Positions 51,860-60,540 of a DNA stretch of 64,000 nt are shown one piece after another; position 1 is the stretch's first letter, and each line of letters opens with the position of its first letter. The DNA comes from Candidatus Bathyarchaeota archaeon (GTDB taxonomy: Archaea > Thermoproteota > Bathyarchaeia > Bathyarchaeales > Bathycorpusculaceae): contig CAVZJV010000001.1 of the NCBI GenBank assembly GCA_963775685.1, positions 1 to 64,000 on the forward strand. The letters are read 5' to 3'. A program made the position numbers and the translations under genes. The notes beneath the pieces were generated by a model. The model did no database searches. It was not told the DNA's origin and saw only the letters and a program-made list of their open reading frames with translations.

Positions 51860-52706
51860 CTAAGTATGGTTTACATAGATGCCTTTCTCGAAGGCGAAAA
51901 AGGCTTTTTTCCTTTTAGCATAAGGCAAAACAGAGGATAAGGTTGCAACTACAAAAACTGGAATTATCCAACTTGAAAACTCTGGCACTTGATCATCATC
52001 CGAGAAGACTACAACCAAATCGCCCAACAACGGCTTATCATGTTCAGAATGCATTTGACCAAAACCACATGTATAGAGCCTTCTTTTGCTATCTCGTAGT
52101 TTATGGTGTTCCATTTTGTGTCAGTTTCTGCTGTGTAGGCATGCAGGTTGGTGGCGTTTGCTTCAATGCGCATACAAAATAAGCTGTTGAATTGTTGTTG
52201 TCTTGGGAAAGGTACGGGCAGATATTTAGGTCATATAGAAACAAGTAACTTCCATTTGTCATTTCCAGGGGTGCTCATAATGGATGCTCAGATCAAAAAA
52301 CCAGAAACATTTTCGAGCAAGCTATAGATCGTCCACCAATCACCGATTGCTGTATAATGCAAAATCTCTGGATAAGATTCGGTATAGTTTCTCCAGCTAA
52401 ACTCCTTATTGTCTAGCGATAACATGTATGTTTGTTGTTCCAGGATGCATTGGATAAACCATGGGCAATTCACCGTTAAAAATGCAATCCAGAGTGTTCT
52501 GGATTGTATATAGGGTAGTTTCCATCAATTTTTGCCCACAAGGAACCGTTGATGTTTGTTATTGTATAGTTAATGTATTCAACAGGCATGGCTAATGATG
52601 GAGTTGAGCTCGCTGGGATTTGCGGCTGCATTTGGAACAAATTCAAAGACAGCTACCGAACTTAGAAGCGCCAAGAGGAATACCAGACTAACGCAATTTT
52701 CTGCAT
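51860..52706 (-). pseudogene. Fragmented secreted/surface protein with PEF-CTERM-like tail
   Basis: Signal-like start at 52706, several short frames, C-terminal VPEFSSWII-hydrophobic-KRKK. Confidence 0.6.
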
Positions 52707-52852
52707 AGTTGCCAAGCGATATTCAGTTTAAGTTACTTTATAATTTTTTTGGACCCCAAAATAGATGGACTCCCGTCCATACAACGCCGTAGTAAGGGAA
52801 AGAATTTTAATCCGCACACACCTCTTTTATTAAGTAAAACTGCTTATTTTTC

Positions 52853-54838
52853 TTGCTAGTTCTGGGATTATTAATGGGTACTTGTAAAGAGAAGCCAGAA
52901 AAGAAAACAGGGGTTAAAGGTGAAGGGATAGAAAACAAGCGAACTCTTGTTGCGTTTGCTGTTTGGCTAGGCGTAACCATCCTTGTCAGCGGTTTACTGG
53001 ATCTGTTTGCTAAAGGTTTGCCGCTTGGCTTTACCATGCCAATTCTTAATATCCCCGCTACTTTGTCTATGATTCTTTACTACTTTTCAATCCTGACAGC
53101 TGCAAGCTATATTGGCGTAGTCGGCTTGAAGGAGCTGGTTTTGGAGAAACGCTTCAGCGTAGAGTTCCTCATGGCAGTTGCTGGATTAGGTGCACTTTTC
53201 CTTGACTACAGATTTGAGGCCGCAACCGTTCTGTTCCTCTACTGCTTAGCAGAATACTTTGAAGGCTACATCCAAGACAGAGCCAAGAGAACCGTTGAGA
53301 AGATATCCAGAGTTATACCTGAAAACGCAAGAATCCTAAGCGAAGGCACAGAAAAAAGCGTTAAAGTGAACGAAGTGGAAACTGGAGCAATTCTGCTCGT
53401 TAAGCCAGGAGAAAGAATCCCTCTAGATGGCAACGTAATTAATGGATTCTCGCATGTTGATCAGGCTTTGGTTACCGGCGAGTCAGTGCCCGTACCCAAA
53501 AGGGTAAACGACTGCGTGTTCGCTGGCACACAAAATACGACAGGAGTTCTCAAAATCACCGTTACTAAGAAATCCACAGAAACCCTGGTTTCTCGTATTG
53601 TTCAGCTTGTGATGGAGTCCCAAAAAAGAAAAGCATCAATAGAAACGTTGGTGGACAGGTTTGCTAAGATTTATGTGCCGATAGTGATTGCACTTGCCGT
53701 TTTCACCGCTGGAGCCTTACCGTACCTTTTGGGAGGAACCTTCCAAACCTGGTTCTACCGATCACTAATACTGCTGGTGGTTTCTTGCCCAAGCGCATTC
53801 ATCATTTCCGTGCCAGCAACAATTTTTATAGCTATAACAATTGCCGCAAAACGCGGTGTAATAATTAAGGGTGGAGTTTTCATTGAAAAACTTGCTCGAG
53901 TTAAGCATGTTGTTTTTGACAAAACGGGCACATTAACTCTTGGTCGGCAATCCGTTCACGAAATTAGGCGACCAGATAATTCTAAAGCTGAAGATGAAGC
54001 ACTAACTTACGCTGCGGCTTTGGATCAGTTTTCCAACCACCCAGTTGCCCAGGCTATCGTACGGAAGGCTATGGAACGCGGTATTGACCTTAGCAAAGTA
54101 AAAGTCACCGATGTTTTGGAGGTTCCAGGAAAAGGCATCGTGGGCATAGTGAACGGCAAACACGTAGCTATTGGCAATTTGGAGTTTATGCGTGAGTTAG
54201 GCTGTGATTGCACAGAAGCCTTTGAGGTAAGCGCAGGTGACGCCCACACTGCAATCTGTGTTTCGGTTGGCAAGACGGGCTTGGCAGCAGTTTGTGTGGT
54301 TGACCAGGTCCGCGAAGACGCCCTGGTTGCAATTCGTTCTTTAAAAAAGGCAAATATCAAGACAACTATGTTAACCGGAGATAGGAAAGAGATTGCAAAC
54401 GAAACAGCACACACATTAGGCATTGACGATTTTCAGTCGGAACTATTTCCTGAAGACAAGCTCAAATGCATCGAGGATATGAAGGGTAAAGATGGGCTTG
54501 TGGCTATGGTAGGTGACGGAGTAAATGATGCTCCTGCGCTTGCTGCTTCAGACGTTGGAATTGCAATGGGCGCACATGGCGTAGACATTGCGCTAGAATC
54601 CGCAGACGTTGTTTTAGTGAAAGATGAACTTGCCCAAATTCCCTACCTGCTAAAGTTAAGCGACAAAACAATGACCATAGCGAAACAAAACATTGCCGCA
54701 TCACTGGTTATAAAGTTGATTTTGGGTGCTTTGGGTTTAATGGGTTTGACACCACTCTGGTTTACAGTTGCCTCAGGCGACGATGGCGTTACTATGTTAC
54801 TTCTGCTCAATACATTACGGCTTGAAAGAATAAAATAA
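52853..54838 (+). CDS. Heavy-metal P1B-type ATPase
   Basis: TGES, SCPS, DKTGTLT, HP, GDGVNDAPAL; likely start MGTCKE at 52874. Confidence 0.93.
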   Translation: MLVLGLLMGTCKEKPEKKTGVKGEGIENKRTLVAFAVWLGVTILVSGLLDLFAKGLPLGFTMPILNIPATLSMILYYFSILTAASYIGVVGLKELVLEKRFSVEFLMAVAGLGALFLDYRFEAATVLFLYCLAEYFEGYIQDRAKRTVEKISRVIPENARILSEGTEKSVKVNEVETGAILLVKPGERIPLDGNVINGFSHVDQALVTGESVPVPKRVNDCVFAGTQNTTGVLKITVTKKSTETLVSRIVQLVMESQKRKASIETLVDRFAKIYVPIVIALAVFTAGALPYLLGGTFQTWFYRSLILLVVSCPSAFIISVPATIFIAITIAAKRGVIIKGGVFIEKLARVKHVVFDKTGTLTLGRQSVHEIRRPDNSKAEDEALTYAAALDQFSNHPVAQAIVRKAMERGIDLSKVKVTDVLEVPGKGIVGIVNGKHVAIGNLEFMRELGCDCTEAFEVSAGDAHTAICVSVGKTGLAAVCVVDQVREDALVAIRSLKKANIKTTMLTGDRKEIANETAHTLGIDDFQSELFPEDKLKCIEDMKGKDGLVAMVGDGVNDAPALAASDVGIAMGAHGVDIALESADVVLVKDELAQIPYLLKLSDKTMTIAKQNIAASLVIKLILGALGLMGLTPLWFTVASGDDGVTMLLLLNTLRLERIK

Positions 54839-55052
54839 CCTACGCTTATCTTAGCCGCTATTTTTTCAATGGACCCCTATTAATAGTTAGATTGGCCGTT
54901 TAGAAAGTCACAAACGCCCGCGTTGTCCTATCAACCTTTGCTTATTGCAACCAATTGTCAAAAGGTACTTGGTTGGAAGAGCCCATTTTAGTTCATCTAG
55001 CAGTTGACTTGATCTATGAAATATTAATAAGTCCAAAAGCTCGACTTAACTT

Positions 55053-55577
55053 ATGCCTAAAAAGTCAAAGGCTTACCCTGAGCCTCATTCAAAGGGGCAA
55101 CGAAAATCCTTACCTAAAAAGACTAAACCTAAAGCTCAACCAAAAAAGGTAAACATATTAAAAAGCAAATATTACTGGGCGACTTTGACTGTGATTATTC
55201 TTATTTTTGCCGTTGCTGTAGGATATTTAGCGCAAATTTCTCTAGTTAAGGAGTTACTGATGTTAGGCACATTATTTTCGGTGATAGGTTTGGCATTTTA
55301 TATCGGGTTTAAATCCTCTGAGGGTTACAGCAAAAGAGCAACTTTCTTTTTTGTTGGAGCATCCATCATTGGCTTTGGCATTTGGGCTGTGATGGTACTT
55401 TCCTTTAATGCAACCGGGCTGACCGCTCAAATTTCAAGTTCAATCGGTATCGACTTCTTTGTTATAACAAGCCTGATAATCTGCTTAGCTTTTGGAGCAT
55501 TAATCGGTGACTTGATAGGTAAAAATAGGGAAACTATCGAGATTTTCGTTGATAAAATCCGGAATAAATTGTATTAG
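55053..55577 (+). CDS. Hypothetical four-TM membrane protein with Lys-rich N-terminus
   Basis: Basic N-terminus then four hydrophobic segments. Confidence 0.7.
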   Translation: MPKKSKAYPEPHSKGQRKSLPKKTKPKAQPKKVNILKSKYYWATLTVIILIFAVAVGYLAQISLVKELLMLGTLFSVIGLAFYIGFKSSEGYSKRATFFFVGASIIGFGIWAVMVLSFNATGLTAQISSSIGIDFFVITSLIICLAFGALIGDLIGKNRETIEIFVDKIRNKLY

Positions 55578-55682
55578 TTTGCAGAAAAAGACTAATGGAA
55601 ACAATTGGTCTACGCTTCCCCAGAAACTTTAAGAGCACAGTCCTTCAGCATGTTCTAAGACCAACGTAAGGACCGACTACCA

Positions 55683-56561
55683 TTGAAATTTGGAATAATG
55701 ACAAGGAATCCAGAGGCATGGAGCAGCACTCAGGTTCGAGAAGCGCTAACCAAACGAGCCATCCGGTACGAATGTTTCACTTTTCCACGCCTCGTGGCAC
55801 GTCTCGCTTACAGACCTTACTTTAAAGTTAACGGCACTAGCATACTGGACGAGTTAGATGCTTTGATTATTCGTCCGATTGGACGTGGCTCACTAGAGGA
55901 ACTAGTTTTTCGTATGGATATGTTATACAAGCTGGAACGTCAAGGCTTCTACATGGTAAATCCACCCACAGCCATCGAGCACTGCGTCGACAAATATGAC
56001 ATCTTGGCGCTTCTGGAGGACATTGGCGTTCCTGTACCTCGCACCTTAGCCACCGAAAGCGTAAATGAAGCCATAAAAGCATTCCATGAACTAGGCGGCG
56101 ACATAGTCGTCAAACCCATATTTGGCTCACGCGGAAAAGGAGCCACCCGGGTAAACGACATAGACATCGCCGACACAGTCTTTAAAGCCATAACCTTCCA
56201 CCATGGCGTAATCTATATGCAAGAATTTGTTCCTCATGGAACTTCAGACATACGCGCCTTTGTTATCGGCAACCAGGTTGTTGCCTCAATGCGAAGAGTT
56301 GCTACAGGATGGAAAACCAACTACAGCCAAGGAGCCAAACCTGCTCCTGCAAAAATCAGTAAAGAATTTGGAGAAATAGCCATAAAATCCGCTAAAGCTG
56401 TGGGCTGCAAAATCGCCGGGGTGGACATTCTTGAGGGCCCAGATGGACCACGCATTGTGGATGTGAATAGTCAGCCGGGTTGGAAAGGCTTGCAGGTAGT
56501 TGCGAAAGTTAACATCGCCGAAGAAATAGTCAACTTTGTGCTAAAAGAACTCAAAAAGTAA
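55683..56561 (+). CDS. RimK-family ATP-grasp alpha-L-glutamate ligase (MptN-like)
   Basis: DK, VPRT, KPIFGSRG.G, QEFV, DIRAFV, WKTN, GVD, VNSQPG. Confidence 0.85.
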   Translation: MKFGIMTRNPEAWSSTQVREALTKRAIRYECFTFPRLVARLAYRPYFKVNGTSILDELDALIIRPIGRGSLEELVFRMDMLYKLERQGFYMVNPPTAIEHCVDKYDILALLEDIGVPVPRTLATESVNEAIKAFHELGGDIVVKPIFGSRGKGATRVNDIDIADTVFKAITFHHGVIYMQEFVPHGTSDIRAFVIGNQVVASMRRVATGWKTNYSQGAKPAPAKISKEFGEIAIKSAKAVGCKIAGVDILEGPDGPRIVDVNSQPGWKGLQVVAKVNIAEEIVNFVLKELKK

Positions 56562-57560
56562 CTATTTTCCAGAAAGAATTCGTGTGTAGGGGTCGTCAGC
56601 TATCTGGGGGAACGGCGCTTCTTTTCCTTTCTTAATTAGAATCCGTTCTGTATTCTCTGTGAATTCACCCAAAAAATAAGCCGAAAGCTCATTCTTCCTT
56701 AATGCGGCTTTCACTTTTTCTTGCGCTTCAGGCTTCACGGCTGCCAAAATCGTTCCCGTCGAAGACAAAGCCAGCATTTGGTCATCGGTGAGGTTGAAAT
56801 GGTTTTTTAGCTCATAAACTTCCTTTGAAACTGGAACTTTATCCAAATCCACCCTAAACCCAACTTTTGACGCCAAAGCCAACTCGTTTAGCGCCGCCAC
56901 AAACCCACCTTCCGTTGCATCATGCATCGCATGCACTCCCTCAATCTCGATGAGTTGGAGAGCTTCTTTTACGCAACTTTGCAAGTAGACCAGTTTTTCG
57001 AGCGCGCCTTGTTCGTCAACACCAAAGAGCGCCTGGGCTTTTTCCTTGTGGTTGAGCGAGAAGTTGGTGATTGTTTCTAAACCAAGCGGCTTAGTGCACA
57101 AGATCAAGTCATCTGACTTAGCGTTTCCCGGCGTAATCAACTTCGTGGGTTCTAAGGTTCCGTAAACGGTGCAGACTCCGAGCGGTTCTTTGAGGCTACC
57201 GTACATACCTGTGTGCCCGCGGACGATGGCTATCCCTAATTCGTCGGCAGCGCTGCAGGTTTGTTTCATGATCTTTTGGAAGACTTCAGCTTTGGTTCCT
57301 ATCGGTCCAAGAAGGTTAATGGTGCAAAATTCAGGTTTAGCCCCAAATAGCGCCACATCGGAGGCGGCATAATTAATCATTAGCCACCCAAACCAGTTTT
57401 CAGAAACCCCCGTGCATGGGTCCGTTGCAACCGCCACGTACTTGCCATGTAAAAGGTGAACCCCTGCATCATACCCAATCATAGGTGGGATGATAACTCG
57501 GAAATCTTTTTTTATGCAATTTAGCATTTTCTCTAAGTCTTTGCCGGCTAGTTTTCCCAT
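56562..57560 (-). CDS. AIR synthase/PurM-superfamily protein (ThiL/HypE-like)
   Basis: G.DAGV, TDP, DVA..GA.P, GHT, MHDATEGG. Confidence 0.8.
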   Translation of the reverse strand: MGKLAGKDLEKMLNCIKKDFRVIIPPMIGYDAGVHLLHGKYVAVATDPCTGVSENWFGWLMINYAASDVALFGAKPEFCTINLLGPIGTKAEVFQKIMKQTCSAADELGIAIVRGHTGMYGSLKEPLGVCTVYGTLEPTKLITPGNAKSDDLILCTKPLGLETITNFSLNHKEKAQALFGVDEQGALEKLVYLQSCVKEALQLIEIEGVHAMHDATEGGFVAALNELALASKVGFRVDLDKVPVSKEVYELKNHFNLTDDQMLALSSTGTILAAVKPEAQEKVKAALRKNELSAYFLGEFTENTERILIKKGKEAPFPQIADDPYTRILSGK

Positions 57561-58096
57561 TACATGTATGCCTTCAACACATTGCTCTTATGTAGTAAGT
57601 AGATAAAGAAAACGCTAATTATCAACTCGGGCAGCATGTAACTTCCGTTGTAGATTGTTGAGTAAACCCAAGGATTCATTCCTGGAGGAGCGTAGCTTGC
57701 AAAGAAGAGTGCTCCTGAAATCAGATGCATAATAAATCTGCCTGTTATTGCAACAACCACGCCTACTAATGCATATTTCTTGAAGAAACCCGCTAACCCC
57801 AAGCAACCGAATGCTAAGGGGTAATCCAGCAAAATTTGAGTTGGGTAATATATTTGGGGCATAATCGCCAACTGCACCAACCCATAGATGACGCCTGTAA
57901 AGATGCCGATTTTTGGTCCTCTGCGCAGAGCCAGCCAAAGCATGGGCACCATTGAGCCTGCAGTAACGGATCCACCTTCTGGAAAAACGACGAATGTAAT
58001 AAGACTCAAGGCTGTGCTTAAGGCTGTAAAAATTGCTATTTCTGCGAGGATTTGAGTTCTGGGTTCAATTTTAGGTTTAGATGTATTGTGGTTCAT
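57560..58096 (-). CDS. thiT: Energy-coupling-factor thiamine transporter S component ThiT
   Basis: P.GGSV..M.P, RRG...G, P.QILLDY, H.ISG.LFF..YAP, YS..YNGSY; ATG at 58096 follows riboswitch SD. Confidence 0.9.
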   Translation of the reverse strand: MNHNTSKPKIEPRTQILAEIAIFTALSTALSLITFVVFPEGGSVTAGSMVPMLWLALRRGPKIGIFTGVIYGLVQLAIMPQIYYPTQILLDYPLAFGCLGLAGFFKKYALVGVVVAITGRFIMHLISGALFFASYAPPGMNPWVYSTIYNGSYMLPELIISVFFIYLLHKSNVLKAYM

Positions 58097-58100
58097 TTGT

Positions 58101-58196
58101 TTTCCCTCCGCCAGTATTACCTGGTTCAGGTTCCTAAGGGTCGACAGCAAACAGCCGTCCTCTCAGCCAGGTCATTTTCCCAGCTCCCCAAGAACT
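58101..58196 (-). promoter_or_regulatory. TPP (THI-box) riboswitch
   Basis: Minus strand GGGGAGC...GCTGAGAGG...GACCCTTAGGAACCTGAACCAGGTAATACTGGCGGAGGGAA contains all conserved TPP aptamer blocks; directly upstream of thiT. Confidence 0.93.
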
Positions 58197-58249
58197 ATTG
58201 GGTAATGTTGCTTTGACTCATATTAGTTTTGCTAATAATTGCACTTTGT

Positions 58250-59068
58250 TTATTTGTTTTGAGTCGTGTCTTTTATTTTCATTTTATTCTTGTATGCAAA
58301 GATTGCTGCAATCGCCGAACCGGTTACGAAAACGGCGGCTATTAAGACTATTGAACTATTGTCCAAGCTTATTGATTGACCATTTTCGGTTTGTGGTTGA
58401 AGTGTTTGAGTGGGCTTAGAGTCGTTTGCGGGAGGAACAATTTGGTTTGTCGTGGAGTTATCAGGAATAGGTTGGGAAGTAGATTGCGTTTGTTTGGGAG
58501 TCATTGTGGGTGTAGGAAGTGCCTGTGTGTTTTCAAGGAGGTTTGTTATTAGATCGGCTCGCCCCCCCGATCCCGAGGCGGCGGCCGGTGAATCAACTTC
58601 ATTGTCGCCCATAGTTATGGAAACTATTTGAGCAATCCAAGATGCGCCGTTAACTCCTGGAAGGACCAAACGTAGCCCAGTTACTGGATCCCCGTCTTTT
58701 TGATAAGCTATAATCGTTTCTTGCGTCATAGCCAATTGAATGGGTATTGTGACCATGTAAGAGTCTGAAGCTGTAAATTGGATTGATTTTACTTCAGAGC
58801 TAACGTTTGCCTGTGTTAATATATAGCTGAGTTGCACTCCAGTCCAATCTCCACTGGCTACAAGGCTGCCATAACAGTAGAGTTCAGCATATAGAGTGGT
58901 TTGGGGCATTTCTGTAATTTGTTGATAAGTTAAGTTGTAGGTATCGTGTGATAGGTTTATTACTTCGATTGTGCTGTCGGCAATTGTTGTGGGTATGATG
59001 GTCATTAGCAGTACTGCCATAATTACCAATATTGGGATATATTGAACTTTCATCATCGTTCCATCCAC
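58250..59068 (-). CDS. Secreted molybdopterin-oxidoreductase-like domain protein with Thr/Pro linker and C-terminal TM
   Basis: Signal peptide, L.C.G, WTGV.L..IL, F.A.D.Y, LRLVLPG..G..W; C-terminal anchor. Confidence 0.7.
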   Translation of the reverse strand: MDGTMMKVQYIPILVIMAVLLMTIIPTTIADSTIEVINLSHDTYNLTYQQITEMPQTTLYAELYCYGSLVASGDWTGVQLSYILTQANVSSEVKSIQFTASDSYMVTIPIQLAMTQETIIAYQKDGDPVTGLRLVLPGVNGASWIAQIVSITMGDNEVDSPAAASGSGGRADLITNLLENTQALPTPTMTPKQTQSTSQPIPDNSTTNQIVPPANDSKPTQTLQPQTENGQSISLDNSSIVLIAAVFVTGSAIAAIFAYKNKMKIKDTTQNK

Positions 59069-59380
59069 ATATGCAATTATATGACATGTGTCATACTCTT
59101 AAAGTCTTCTCCAAAAACAGTAAGCTAAAGCCATTAACCTGTAAGAATACACATTACAGAAAACGACCCAAAGAAACTATTCAATTGACTTCAGTCAAAC
59201 AGCCGAAAAAAATAATTACCTCAAGAGGCTTGTTGCTTTTAAAAGATTTAGTGTTCTATAGCATGCTGTTGTTGCCAAAAAACCTCATATCACAACAACC
59301 AAACAAAATGCAGACAAAAAGCTCAAAAACACCTTGAGCAATCTACATTTAAATTAGATGTTGTAGTCCCCAAAACCCGC

Positions 59381-60469
59381 TTGATCTACTTAGATAACCT
59401 CAAAGTGTTCCTAATCATTCTTGTAATCCTAGTTCACTTAACGATAACTTACGGGCCTCCAACAGGCTTATGGCACTATCACGAAGGCACAGTAAGCATG
59501 CCAGAGGGCTTACTATACGTGTTTTTCCAAGTAATCTGCCAAGCGTTCTTTATGGGACTATTGTTCCTGCTCTCGGGCTATTTCACCCCTGCATCCTACG
59601 ACCGTAAAGGACAAGGACTATACATTGTGGATCGTCTATTGAGACTTGGAATCCCAATCTGAGCTTCATTTTCTTCATCGACCCCTTGATGCAGTTTGCG
59701 CTTAACGGCTTCCAAGGGTCGCTTCTAGGCTTCTTTGCTGCAAACCCTCTCGCAGGATTGGGATTTGGACCTCTGTGGTTTGTTGAGGCGTTGCTTTTCT
59801 TTGCCATAGCATTCATGGCTTGGCGAAGCCTCGCACTTAAACCTGCCAAAGCATATGGCACTCCAAAAAATCACGTCATCTTGCTCTTTGGCTTAATGCT
59901 CGGCGCAGTAACGTTTGTTACTAGACTTGTTTTTCCGGTTGGCTATGTTTTTGATTTACTCAACTTCCAGCTTCCCTTCTTTCCACAGTACATTGCATTG
60001 TTTGTAGTTGGGATAATAGGTTACAGAAACAATTGGATTCAAAGTATACTGAAAAGTACAGGCAGTTTTTGGGTTAGGGTCGCCATTTTGCTTTTGGCGT
60101 TATTGCCAATCATAATAATTGTCGGTGGCTCCAATGGCTACTTCAACCCCTTTTACGGCGGAATGTTTTGGCAGCCGGCGGCTTATGCATTTTGGGAACA
60201 ACTCTTCTGCGTCGCAGTGGTTGTTGGTTTAACGGTGTTTTTCCGAGAAAGACTGAACACCCAAAATCGGTTCACCAAAGCACTCTCTGATAGCTCATAC
60301 ACCGCATACATACTGCAAGCGCCCATACTCATCTATCTAGCTCTGGCATTGAAAAACATCCAGATGCCGCTTGCTAAAATTCGAGGTTGTAAGCCCCGTT
60401 GCTGTAGCGCTCTGTTTTCTGGTTGCTTTCTTGATTAGAAAAATTCCCAAAGTAGACAAAGTCCTTTAA
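59381..60469 (+). CDS. Acyltransferase family 3 membrane protein, frameshifted
   Basis: LDNLK, LVH, FFMGLLF.LSGYF, RLLRLGIP, GPLWF across frames. Confidence 0.82.
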
Positions 60470-60540
60470 TCCCAGCTTGAGCGTAACACTTAAACAGTCA
60501 ATAGACCTTACCAGATGAAAAGTTACGGAGTCAACTAATC

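Noticed and set aside
52751-54877. GGACCCC on both sides of the ATPase gene as a possible insertion duplication
   Set aside because: Only 7 bp, also present in the SRP RNA gene, and no mobility gene nearby
58097-58150. N-terminal extension of ThiT in the ORF track
   Set aside because: Runs through the TPP aptamer; the ATG at 58096 with SD is the better start
2994-60469. Frameshifts as programmed recoding or phase variation (rlmL-like, S9 peptidase, TMEM175, HIT, acyltransferase)
   Set aside because: Scattered single-base indels across all three segments, often in homopolymers, are better explained by long-read error
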